Origin: Sandaracinaceae bacterium
GTDB lineage: Bacteria > Myxococcota_A > Polyangia > Polyangiales > Sandaracinaceae
Length of the DNA stretch: 21,382 nucleotides
Assembly (NCBI GenBank): GCA_044220955.1
Contig: JBGAQA010000106.1
Span: 1-21,382 of the forward strand
Direction: 5' to 3'
This document shows positions 7,784 through 16,231 of the stretch, piece after piece; position 1 is the first letter of the stretch; each line of letters starts with the position of its first letter. Below the pieces are notes generated by a model. That model was given only the letters and a program-made list of their open reading frames with translations. It was not told the DNA's origin and did not search any database. Position numbers and translations under genes: made by a program.

Positions 7784-9988
7784 ATGAGCGGCGCGCGGAC
7801 GAGCGGCGCGCTGCCGTTCCCGGAGCGGGACCACGTCGTCGTCGTCGCGACCGTCGATGACCAGCAGTTCCGATCGCGCGACGGTGCCTGGGCGATCGCG
7901 AAGGCGACGCTCGAGCCGAGCGGCGAGAGCGCGACGCTCGTGGGCGAGGTCGCCACGCTCGGCCCGGGGGACACGGCGCGCTTCGCCGGCCGCTGGGAGG
8001 CACACGCCAAGTACGGCCGCCGCTTCCGCGTCGTCTCGTACGCCCCCATCCTGCCATCGAGTGATCGTGGCCTCGTTCGCTTCCTGGGCAGTGGGCTGGT
8101 CAAGGGCGTCGGAGAGGCGCTCGCGACCAAGATCGTCACCCGCTTCAAGGAGGAGACGCTCGACGTCGTCACCAGGCAGAGCGCGCGGCTGCGCGAGGTG
8201 CCAGGCGTGGGCGCGAAGAAGGCCGAGGCGCTCCGGAGCGCCGTGCTGGCGAGGCGCGACGAGGCCGAGAGCTTCGCGTTCCTGCACGGCGTGGGGCTCG
8301 GGCCCGCGCTCGCGCGGCGCGTCTTCACGAAGTACGGCCCGTCGGCCCCCGCCAGGCTGAAGGACGACCCCTACCTCGCCGCGGAGGAGGTGTCCGGCAT
8401 CGGCTTCCTGACGGCGGATCGCATCGGCCGGGAGGTCGGGATCGGTGAGCGCGATCCGCGGCGCGCGCGCGGGGCGATCCTTCACGCGCTGGCGCGCGCG
8501 ACCGACGACGGTCACACCTACCTCGACGAGCGCGAGCTCGCGGCGGCGACCGCCAGGCTCTCGGTGCCGGCGGAGTGCTTCAGTGTGGCGCTGGCCGAGC
8601 TGGTCGAGCGCGCGCTCGTGGTACGCGACGGCGACGCGATCTATCCGCCGCCGCTTCACGAGGCGGAGGTGACGCTGGCACGGGCGCTCGCCGAGCGAGC
8701 GAGCCTGCGCGCGCTGCCGCGCGACGCGGCCCGCGCGCTCGAGGTGGCCGCAGCCGGGATCGCGCTCGAGAAGGAGCAACGCGAGGCGGTCGAGCTCTCG
8801 CTCCGCACGCGCGCGATGGTGCTCACCGGCGGCCCCGGCACGGGCAAGACGACCACCGTGCGCGCGATCGTGGCTGCCCACGAGGCCCTGGGGCATCGCG
8901 TCCTTCTCGCGGCGCCGACCGGACGTGCGGCCAAGCGCCTGTCCGAGGCGGCGGGGCGCGAGGCGCGGACCATCCACCGCCTGCTCGAGTGGAGCCCCTC
9001 GCGGGGCGGCTTCGCGCGCGACGAGGACGAGCCGCTCGAGGCAGACGTCGTGGTCGCCGACGAGGCCTCGATGCTGCACCTGGCGCTCGGGCTCGCGCTC
9101 TTGCGGGCGCTCCCGCGGGACGCGACGCTCGTCCTCGTCGGCGACGCCGATCAGCTGCCGCCCGTGGGGCCCGGCCACGTGCTCCGCGAGATCCTGACCA
9201 GCGAGGTCGTTCCCGTCGTGCGTCTCGCGCGCATCTTCCGTCAGGCCGAGGCCAGCGCCATCGTCCGAGGCGCGCACGCGATCCTCGCGGGGCACACGCC
9301 CGTGCCGACCCCGTCCGGGACGAAGGGCGACGGGGACCTCTTCCTCGTGCGAGCGAACGATCCGGACGAGGCGAGCCGCAAGCTGCTCGAGGTGCTGGCG
9401 CGGCTGCCCGTCGCGTACGGGCTCGATCCACGTCGCGACATCCAGGTGCTCACGCCGACGCGGCGCGGACCACTCGGCACCGACGCGCTCAACGAGCTGC
9501 TGGCCGCCGAGCTCAACCCCTCGCGCGGCCGCGGGCGGTTCTCGCCCGGCGACAAGGTGATGCAGCTCTCGAACGACTACGAGCGCGAGGTCTGGAACGG
9601 CGACGTCGGCTGGGTGACCGACGTCCGCGACGGCGTCACGTACGTGGACTTCGACGGGCGAGCGGTCAGCTACACCGACGACGAGCTCGGCGCCCTGGCC
9701 CTCGCCTACGCCGCGACGGTGCACAAGTCGCAGGGCTCCGAGCTGCCCGCGATCGTCGTCGTCCTGACGAACAGCCACTACGTGATGCTCACGCGTCCGC
9801 TCCTCTACACGGCCGTCACTCGCGGTCGCCGCGTCGTCGTGCTCGTGGGAGACCCCCGCGCGATGGCCCGGGCGGCGCGCACCATCGCGTCGAGCCGCAC
9901 CAACGCCCGCCTCGGCGAGCGGATGCGCACCTTCCGGCGCGAGGCGCGCGATCAGCCGGCGTCGAAGAGCGCGAAGACGCCGTCGTAG
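7784..9988 (+). CDS. recD2: ATP-dependent RecD2-type SF1B DNA helicase
   Basis: N-terminal OB/HhH region (HAKYGRRF, VKGVG, VPGVGAKKA, GIGFLTADRIG), Walker A LTGGPGTGKTT, then AAPTGRAAKRL, DEASM, LVGDADQLPPVGPG, YAATVHKSQGSE and LLYTAVTRGR. Confidence 0.95.
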   Translation: MSGARTSGALPFPERDHVVVVATVDDQQFRSRDGAWAIAKATLEPSGESATLVGEVATLGPGDTARFAGRWEAHAKYGRRFRVVSYAPILPSSDRGLVRFLGSGLVKGVGEALATKIVTRFKEETLDVVTRQSARLREVPGVGAKKAEALRSAVLARRDEAESFAFLHGVGLGPALARRVFTKYGPSAPARLKDDPYLAAEEVSGIGFLTADRIGREVGIGERDPRRARGAILHALARATDDGHTYLDERELAAATARLSVPAECFSVALAELVERALVVRDGDAIYPPPLHEAEVTLARALAERASLRALPRDAARALEVAAAGIALEKEQREAVELSLRTRAMVLTGGPGTGKTTTVRAIVAAHEALGHRVLLAAPTGRAAKRLSEAAGREARTIHRLLEWSPSRGGFARDEDEPLEADVVVADEASMLHLALGLALLRALPRDATLVLVGDADQLPPVGPGHVLREILTSEVVPVVRLARIFRQAEASAIVRGAHAILAGHTPVPTPSGTKGDGDLFLVRANDPDEASRKLLEVLARLPVAYGLDPRRDIQVLTPTRRGPLGTDALNELLAAELNPSRGRGRFSPGDKVMQLSNDYEREVWNGDVGWVTDVRDGVTYVDFDGRAVSYTDDELGALALAYAATVHKSQGSELPAIVVVLTNSHYVMLTRPLLYTAVTRGRRVVVLVGDPRAMARAARTIASSRTNARLGERMRTFRREARDQPASKSAKTPS

Positions 9989-11070
9989 AAGGCGGGACGG
10001 AAGCCCTTGATCTTCTCGTTCGCCCGGCTCGGGCAGACGCGGTTGGTCAGCAGCACGATGACCAGGTCGCGCTCGGGGTCGCACCACACGCTCGTCCCCG
10101 TGAAGCCGAGGTGGCCGAAGGTCCTGCTGCTCGCGCGCCGGCCGGCCGCGCTCTCCGGGCCCGTCTTCACGTCCCAGCCGAGACGGTGCGAGCCCCCCGG
10201 GCGCGGCGCGAGCGCACGCTCGACCAGGATCTTCGGGAGGAACGGGCTCCGGCCGAGCGACGCGTCCAGGTATGCGCGCGCGAAGGTGGCGACACCGCGC
10301 GCGGTCCCGAACATGCCCGCGTGCCCCGAGACCCCGCCGAGCGCGTAGCAGTTCTCGTCGTGCACCTCGCCGCGCAAGAGGCGCCCCCGCCAGTCGTCGC
10401 GCTCCGTCGCCGCGGCCTTGCGCTGCAGCTCACCCTGCCGGTCGGGCGGGAGCGCCGCGCCGTAGCAGAGCTGATGGTCGTTGAGCCCCAGCGGCGCCAG
10501 CACCTCGGTCGCGAGCAGCTCGTCGAGATCCTTGCCGGTCGCACGGCTCACCGTCTCGCCAGCGACGATGTAGCCGAGGTCGCTGTACACCGCGCGACCG
10601 GCCGCGCTCTCGTCCGTGCGTCGACACGCCTCGCCGAAGATCCAGCGACGCGCCGCGCTCGTCCCCGGGTCGTGCGGAACGTCGAGGTAGAGCCCGCCCC
10701 AGGCCGCGAGGCCGGACCGGTGCGTCAGCAGCTGCTCGAGGCTGACCCCGCCAGCGTGCGTCCCCCGCGCGTCTGCGACGAACTGCTCGGGCTTCGCCTC
10801 GAGCGTCAGCGCGCCGCGCGCGACGAGCCGCAGCGTCGCCGCCGCGAAGACGGGCTTGGTGAGCGAGGCGAGATCGAACGGGGTCTCGTCGTCGGCGGGC
10901 TTGCCGCCCGGCGCGACGAGTCCGGCGGACGTCACGACCATCTCCGCCTTGCCGCCCGGCTCCCGATACGAGATGGCCGCGGCGGCCGCCGGGAAGACGT
11001 TGCCGGCGACACCGGACGCGATGAGTCGCGCCGCCTCGGCGGCAAGGCGCTCCGAGCGCGCTGTCCCCAC
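9952..11070 (-). CDS. Beta-lactamase-family serine hydrolase (esterase/amidase-like), 372 aa
   Basis: SxxK (FDLASLTK), LLTHRSGL, YSDLGY, GEVHDENC, GHAGMFG and FGHLGFTGT. The probable GTG start at 11070 has GGAGG upstream. No signal peptide. Its 3' end overlaps recD2 by 37 bp. Confidence 0.9.
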   Translation of the reverse strand: MGTARSERLAAEAARLIASGVAGNVFPAAAAAISYREPGGKAEMVVTSAGLVAPGGKPADDETPFDLASLTKPVFAAATLRLVARGALTLEAKPEQFVADARGTHAGGVSLEQLLTHRSGLAAWGGLYLDVPHDPGTSAARRWIFGEACRRTDESAAGRAVYSDLGYIVAGETVSRATGKDLDELLATEVLAPLGLNDHQLCYGAALPPDRQGELQRKAAATERDDWRGRLLRGEVHDENCYALGGVSGHAGMFGTARGVATFARAYLDASLGRSPFLPKILVERALAPRPGGSHRLGWDVKTGPESAAGRRASSRTFGHLGFTGTSVWCDPERDLVIVLLTNRVCPSRANEKIKGFRPAFYDGVFALFDAG

Positions 11071-11142
11071 CAGACCCTCCCACACCCATGGTACCGACAA
11101 ACGACCCCACGGCGGCGGTATTTTTCGCGCTACACCGGGTGC

Positions 11143-12171
11143 GTGAGCCTCCCCGACCTGCCCTTCGTCGTGCCTCTCTCCGAGCCCATCTCCGGCACCG
11201 TGAAGGACCGGCCGGAGGACTTCGTGGTCGAGGAGATCCCAGCGTATCTCCCGAGCGGCGAGGGCGAGCACCTGTTCGTCCGCTTCGAGAAGACCGGGCT
11301 CGACACCGAGCCCGCCGTCCGCAGGATCGCGGCGGCGCTCGGCGTGCGCGAGCCGCCGGGCTTCGCCGGGCTCAAGGATCGGCACGCGCGAACCACGCAG
11401 TGGGCGAGCTTCCAGCGCGGCGAGCGCGACGCGGCGCTGGCGCTCTCGCTCGACGGCATCCGTGTCCTCGAGGCTGCGCGCCACGGCAACAAGCTGCGGA
11501 CCGGGCACCTGCGCGGCAATCGCTTCGTGCTGCGCCTGCGCGGCGCCGATCGCGCACGCGAGGCGGACGCGCGCGCCGTGATCGAGACGCTGGGCCGCGA
11601 GGGTGTCCCGGCGTACTTCGGACCGCAGCGCTTCGGCCGCGACGGCGCGACGCTCGCGCGCGCGAGGGCGTGGATCGTGGGCGACGCGCGGCCCCCTCGC
11701 GCGCCCTTCGAACGGAAGCTCCACGTGTCGGCCGTCCAGTCGGCGATCTTCAACGAGCTCCTCGCGGAGCGGGTGCGGACGGGCGGCCTCGGGTCGATCG
11801 TGGCCGGGGATCTCTGCCGCAAGGACGACACCGGCGGCATGTTCGTCGCCACCGACCTCGAGGACGCGCGCGCGCGCGCCGCGCGCTTCGAGATCAGCGC
11901 GACCGGGCCCATGTTCGGCGCCGAGATGCGCTGGCCGGAGGGGGAGGCGCGGGTCGCCGAGGAAGCCGCGCTCGCGCGCGCAGGGCTCGACGTCACCAAG
12001 CTCGAGCGCTTCCGCCGCGCAGGCGAGGGAACGCGGCGCCCCTACCGCTTCCGGCTCACCGAGGCGAGCGTGTCGAGCGACGCGGACGGAATCGTGCTCT
12101 CGTTCGTGCTACCGGCCGGCGCCTACGCGACCGTGGTGCTCCGAGAGCTGACCCGCGAGCTCAGCGCATGA
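11143..12171 (+). CDS. truD: tRNA pseudouridine(13) synthase TruD, 342 aa
   Basis: Motifs PEDFVVEEI, GEGEHL, FAGLKDRHARTTQW (catalytic Asp), GHLRGNRF, YFGPQRFG, SAVQSAIFN and FVLPAGAYATVVLREL. GTG start at 11143 lies in the distal part of the 8575..12171 ORF. Confidence 0.96.
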   Translation: MSLPDLPFVVPLSEPISGTVKDRPEDFVVEEIPAYLPSGEGEHLFVRFEKTGLDTEPAVRRIAAALGVREPPGFAGLKDRHARTTQWASFQRGERDAALALSLDGIRVLEAARHGNKLRTGHLRGNRFVLRLRGADRAREADARAVIETLGREGVPAYFGPQRFGRDGATLARARAWIVGDARPPRAPFERKLHVSAVQSAIFNELLAERVRTGGLGSIVAGDLCRKDDTGGMFVATDLEDARARAARFEISATGPMFGAEMRWPEGEARVAEEAALARAGLDVTKLERFRRAGEGTRRPYRFRLTEASVSSDADGIVLSFVLPAGAYATVVLRELTRELSA

Positions 12172-13396
12172 CGAAGAAGTAGTACGCCGCCGCCGAGCCG
12201 AGCGCCCCGAGCACGAAGAGCACCAAGGCGCCCACGAGGATCATCGGCAGCGCCGAGCGGCGCGGGACCGCGACCGGCTCCGTGACGACCGGGACGGTCC
12301 CGAGCATCGGCGGCGCGGGCGGCGGGTGATCCGCCGGGGCTCCGAACGGGGCCGCGGCGGCGGGCGTACTGGTGGCGAGCGCGGCCTCGATCTCGGCGAC
12401 GGAACGCTTGCCCCACCCCTCCACCGACGCTCGGTCCGCGCTCGCCGCGAGCCCGAAGGCCGAGAGGGCGGCAGCGGCGAGCTCGAGCGTCGATCCGAAG
12501 CGGCGCTTCTTGTCCTTGGCGACGCCCTTCTCGACCAGGTCGTCGAGCGCGGGGGGCAGGCCGGGCTTGGCCTGACTCAGCGGCTCCGGCATCGCGTTGA
12601 CGATCTTCATCAAGATCTCGGCGACCTGACTGCCGGAGAAGGCGACCTTGCCGGAGAGCATCTCGTACAAGATGGCCGTGAGCGCGAAGCCGTCGGTCCG
12701 GTTGTCGACGTCCGCCTTCCCCATCGCCTGCTCGGGCGACATGTAGTACGGCGATCCCAGCGTCGTGCCGAAGGCCGTCAGCTTCGGTCCCGTCTCCATC
12801 TGGAGCTTCACGGACCCGAAGTCGAGGATGCGGATCTGATCGCCCGCGGGCGTGTCGACGAGAAAGACGTTGTCGGGCTTCAGGTCACGGTGGATCACGC
12901 CGAACGAGTGGGCGTCGTCGAGGCCGAGCGCGATCTGCGCGAGGATGCGCAGCGCGCGCGCCGGCGGGACGATGCCGTCGCGGCGGAGCAGCGCACCGAG
13001 CTCGAGCCCCTGCAGGTACTCCATCGTGAGGAAGTACGAGTGGTCGGGCGTCTCGCCGAAGTCGATCACGCGCACCACGTACGGGGAGTCGATGCCCTGG
13101 GCGGTCTCGAACTCCCGCTTGAAGCGCTCGACGGCGACCTTGTCCTTCGCGACGTCCGGGTGGAGCACCTTGATGGCCACCCGCTGCTTGGACTGGGCGT
13201 GCCGGCCCTCGTAGACGCGACCCATGGCCCCGTCGGCGACGTGAGCCGCGACGACGTAGTCCCCGAAGCGCTGGCCGAGCCGCGGGTCGGCGAGCTGCCC
13301 CGGCGGCGGCACCTGGATCACGATGTTTCCGTCGTTTCCGCAGAACGAGGTGTCGTCGGGGTACTCGGTCCCACACTGCGGGCAGCGTCGGCTCAC
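12161..13396 (-). CDS. Hanks-type Ser/Thr protein kinase with N-terminal zinc-ribbon-like motif and C-terminal membrane anchor
   Basis: CPQCG...CGNDG at the N-terminus, kinase motifs VAIK, RFKREF, HRDLKPDN, ILDFG and GSPYYMSPEQ, then a Pro-rich linker and hydrophobic MILVGALVLFVLGALGSAAAYYFFV at the very end. Confidence 0.95.
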   Translation of the reverse strand: MSRRCPQCGTEYPDDTSFCGNDGNIVIQVPPPGQLADPRLGQRFGDYVVAAHVADGAMGRVYEGRHAQSKQRVAIKVLHPDVAKDKVAVERFKREFETAQGIDSPYVVRVIDFGETPDHSYFLTMEYLQGLELGALLRRDGIVPPARALRILAQIALGLDDAHSFGVIHRDLKPDNVFLVDTPAGDQIRILDFGSVKLQMETGPKLTAFGTTLGSPYYMSPEQAMGKADVDNRTDGFALTAILYEMLSGKVAFSGSQVAEILMKIVNAMPEPLSQAKPGLPPALDDLVEKGVAKDKKRRFGSTLELAAAALSAFGLAASADRASVEGWGKRSVAEIEAALATSTPAAAAPFGAPADHPPPAPPMLGTVPVVTEPVAVPRRSALPMILVGALVLFVLGALGSAAAYYFFVMR

Positions 13397-13447
13397 GGGG
13401 GCGATGCTACTCGACGCCCGCCGCCCGCGCGAAGAGAACGGCAGCGC

Positions 13448-14113
13448 TCATCGACGCTCCCAGACGTCACCGTCCAGCCGGTGCGCGAGCGTGAGCTCCT
13501 CGCCATGTTCCGTGCGGACGAGGAACACGTCGCGCCGCTGGGCCCCCTCGCCCTCGCCGAAGCGCCCGAGGACGGCGAGGATCTCGATCCGGACGCCGCG
13601 CTCGTAGAGCACGGCCGGCGCGTATCCCCAGCCACGCGCGTCGCGGGTGTCGACGAGCAAGGGCTGGCGGTGCGGCTCCCAGCGCGGGCGCGCGATCTCG
13701 CCCTCCGCACGGAGGGCGGACACCGAAGCATCGATCGCGGCGCGCAGCGGCCCCTCGATCCGGATCGGGCGCGTGACCACCACGAGCAGGTACTCGTCGC
13801 TCACGCGGCGAACGAGGAGCTCGCGCTCGCTGCCCTTGACGTGGACGAACCAGACCTTGCCGCCGCGCAGCTTCGCGACGGCGGGCGCGATCTCGTGGAC
13901 CATCACGTGTAGCTGCGCGCCCGCGATCTTGGCGTCGAAGGGCGGCAGCGTGCTGCAGTAGTCGACACACTCGCCCTCCTCGTCGACGAACACGGCGAGC
14001 AGTGCCTCGGGCACCCCCCGGAGCAGCGAGCGCAGGACCCCCGTGAACGCGCTCTCGTCGATGTCGCGCCGGGCCTCCTCGGGCTGGGCCGCCGTCGTCG
14101 TCGTGGTGCTCAC
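13448..14113 (-). CDS. Roadblock/LC7 (MglB-like) domain protein with an additional small C-terminal beta domain, 221 aa
   Basis: GTG 14113 overlaps the upstream stop (GTGA). FTGVLRSLLRGVPEALLAVFVDEEGECVDY...RELLVRRVSDEYLLVVV...AAIDASVSALRAE follows the roadblock helix-strand pattern. Confidence 0.7.
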   Translation of the reverse strand: MSTTTTTAAQPEEARRDIDESAFTGVLRSLLRGVPEALLAVFVDEEGECVDYCSTLPPFDAKIAGAQLHVMVHEIAPAVAKLRGGKVWFVHVKGSERELLVRRVSDEYLLVVVTRPIRIEGPLRAAIDASVSALRAEGEIARPRWEPHRQPLLVDTRDARGWGYAPAVLYERGVRIEILAVLGRFGEGEGAQRRDVFLVRTEHGEELTLAHRLDGDVWERR

Positions 14114-15060
14114 GGCGCGCCCACGGCCTGGAGATCGGCGGCCAGGACGGTGGCCGCGAGGCGCTCGTCGACGGCGACCGCGGTTCGCGAGGCGAGCTCG
14201 GCGGTCAGCGCATCGAGGGCGGCACCACGGTGCTCCGCCAAGAGCTGGCGTCGCAGGATCGGGGTGGCCTCGGCGAGTGCGACCTCGAAGGACGGCTCGA
14301 GGGACGTCAGCGCGATCGCGTGGACGCCGTAGGAGGTCGTGACGGGCTCGAGCGCCACGCCCGGCGCCGAGGGAATCGCGAAGAGCGCGGCCAGGTAGGG
14401 CTCCTCCAGGGAGCCGTGGCGCGCGGTGGCGGGCAAGGTCTCGACGACCAGCGTGAACGGCTGGCCGGGCGCGCCCTCTGCGCGAATCGCGTCCGCCTCG
14501 GCGGCGGGATCGGGCCCCGACGCCAGGCGCGAGAGCGCCGCGCGTACGAAGCGATCGGCGGCGGCGCGCGCGGCCGCGTCGGCGCCCTCCGGCAGGCGCG
14601 CCAACACGTTCACGCTCGCGCGCCGCTCGGGCCGGACCCACGAGGCGCGGCTCGCGGCATAGCGGGCGGCGATCTCGGCGTCGTCGATCGAGCTGGGCGT
14701 GACCACCTCCTCGACGCGGGTGCGGAGCAGCGCCTGGACGCTGGCGCGCCGCAGGGCGCGAGTCGCCTCGGCATCCGCCCCGAGCGCCGCGCGGCGGGCG
14801 CGACGATAGAGGACGCGCTCCTGCTCGAGGCGATGCAGCGCCGCGAGCGGCGAGAGGCCGGTCCGCCGGCTGGCCTCCTCGACCTCGGCCAGCGTGATCG
14901 GCTCGCCATCGACGGTCGCGACGAGGGGCCCCTCGACCGCGACCGGCGGCTCGTCGGGCTCGGCGCCAGAGGAGGTCTGCGGCGGACCCGTCGGAGTGGT
15001 GCCGCACGCGCCGAGCGCGAGGGCCAGAGCCAGAGCGGTGCGTCGCGGGTTCGCTGTCAT
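14110..15060 (-). CDS. SurA/PrsA-like parvulin-domain lipoprotein, 316 aa
   Basis: Lipobox ALALGA|C, SurA-N-like VATVDGEPITLAEV, IDDAEIAARY, PERRASVNVL, and parvulin-like C-part YLAALFAI...EPVTTSYGVHAI. Confidence 0.8.
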   Translation of the reverse strand: MTANPRRTALALALALGACGTTPTGPPQTSSGAEPDEPPVAVEGPLVATVDGEPITLAEVEEASRRTGLSPLAALHRLEQERVLYRRARRAALGADAEATRALRRASVQALLRTRVEEVVTPSSIDDAEIAARYAASRASWVRPERRASVNVLARLPEGADAAARAAADRFVRAALSRLASGPDPAAEADAIRAEGAPGQPFTLVVETLPATARHGSLEEPYLAALFAIPSAPGVALEPVTTSYGVHAIALTSLEPSFEVALAEATPILRRQLLAEHRGAALDALTAELASRTAVAVDERLAATVLAADLQAVGAP

Positions 15061-15230
15061 TCGCCGATCGAGGGCCTGAGGAGCGTCACCGACGCACGCA
15101 GGACGGCCAGTCCCGTCCCGAGGATCAGCACCGCCGCGACGTAGTCGTGCCCCCGCACCGCGTTGACGCCGAGCACGAGCACGGTGAGCGCGACGACGAG
15201 GAGCACGTATCCCGCCCCGTCCTTGAGCAC
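15057..15230 (-). CDS. Small membrane protein (57 aa, two predicted TM helices), not in ORF track
   Basis: Translated by hand as (M)LKDGAGYVLLVVALTVLVLGVNAVRGHDYVAAVLILGTGLAVLRASVTLLRPSIGE*. Third codon positions are G/C-rich and the stop overlaps the next ATG (ATGA, 15060-15057). The start codon is uncertain. Confidence 0.75.
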   Translation of the reverse strand: MLKDGAGYVLLVVALTVLVLGVNAVRGHDYVAAVLILGTGLAVLRASVTLLRPSIGE

Positions 15231-15285
15231 GGATCGTTTGTCGCACGAGGGATCCGCCGCGGTCCACCCCCCGGTTCGGCGCGCG

Positions 15286-16086
15286 CTATCTCGGGCCCGG
15301 CGGGAACAGGGCGATCAGCTGCCGCGAGGTCGCGACCACCTCGCCGGACGGCGTCCAGAGGGTCGCGCGATCGTCGGCCAGGCCGCCCGCGACGTGCCCG
15401 GCGTGCGCGTCGTAGAAGAGCCAGTCGGCTGCGATCGGGAGCGGCGCGAGGAAGTGGTAGGTCAGCTCCACCGAAGCCACGGGACACCACACCGGCGAGA
15501 TCGCGACCGACGCGGGCGGCCAGGCGTCGAGCAGGGCGGACACGTGCGCGGCGTCGAGGGGAACGCCCGGCTCCACGAGCCTGCACCACCCCGCGACCCG
15601 CGCCTCGGCGCCCCCGGAGAACGGCCGCGGCCCGTGGGTCTGGCGGAACGCGAAGCGGCGCGCGAACGCCGGGATGTAGTGCTCGTCGGGCCCGTCGGGC
15701 ACGGCGTCCGGTGGCGGCGCCTGCGGCATCCGCAGCGCGCGGTGTGAGAGCCCCCCCTCGCGCACCCGGGCGAAGGTGGCGAGGCAGGTGGCGAGCGTCG
15801 CATCGTCACGCAGGAGCGACGCACGGAGCGTGGACACGTTGCGCCCGGCGCGGACTGCCTCGGTCCGGATCGTGGCAGGGCCCTCGGTCGCCGGCGCCGT
15901 GAACGACGCGGTGATGGTGGTGACGGTCTGACCACGCGGCGCGTCGAGCTCGAGCGCGCGTATGAGCAGCGCCGCGACCAGCCCGCCGTACGCGCCGCGC
16001 CCCTGCGCCCAGCCAGCGTCGATCACGCCTCGGTGCTCGCCGGGCGCGATGCGCTCGAAGCTCGAGGCGGCGACGAAGCCAGTCAC
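15286..16086 (-). CDS. Acyl-CoA thioesterase family protein (double hot-dog fold)
   Basis: Motifs WAQGRGAYGGLVAA, VRAGRNVS, LLDAWPP, ASVELTYHF and LWTPSGEVVATSRQ. Confidence 0.9.
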   Translation of the reverse strand: MTGFVAASSFERIAPGEHRGVIDAGWAQGRGAYGGLVAALLIRALELDAPRGQTVTTITASFTAPATEGPATIRTEAVRAGRNVSTLRASLLRDDATLATCLATFARVREGGLSHRALRMPQAPPPDAVPDGPDEHYIPAFARRFAFRQTHGPRPFSGGAEARVAGWCRLVEPGVPLDAAHVSALLDAWPPASVAISPVWCPVASVELTYHFLAPLPIAADWLFYDAHAGHVAGGLADDRATLWTPSGEVVATSRQLIALFPPGPR

Positions 16087-16231
16087 GAGGCCGGAGGGTA
16101 CACGCTCCCGGTCTGGGTTCCGGAAGCAGCTTCTCGCTCCTGGGCCCGTCTCCCCTCACGCTCTGGCGGCCCGCGCTCGGGCTGATCGCGCTCGGGCCGG
16201 GGCTCGACCCCGCCTGGCGCGCCGCCGAGGG

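Noticed and set aside
7784..9988. RecD-like helicase as a sign of a mobile element or defence system
   Set aside because: It has the standard chromosomal RecD2 architecture and host-like codon usage, with no relaxase, integrase or nuclease partner nearby.
9952..11070. Antibiotic-resistance beta-lactamase
   Set aside because: It has no signal peptide, and YSD/HLG replace the class C YxN/KTG motifs. It fits the broad esterase/amidase branch, so resistance cannot be claimed.
8575..11142. Apparent 1198-aa giant TruD fusion
   Set aside because: The upstream 856 codons overlap recD2 and the serine hydrolase. TruD motifs begin only after 11143.
16100..16231. Short direct repeat CGCGCTCGGGC and GC-rich pairing between the EBP and thioesterase genes
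   Set aside because: It is low-complexity GC sequence with no clean stem plus U-tract, so there is not enough to call a terminator or ncRNA.
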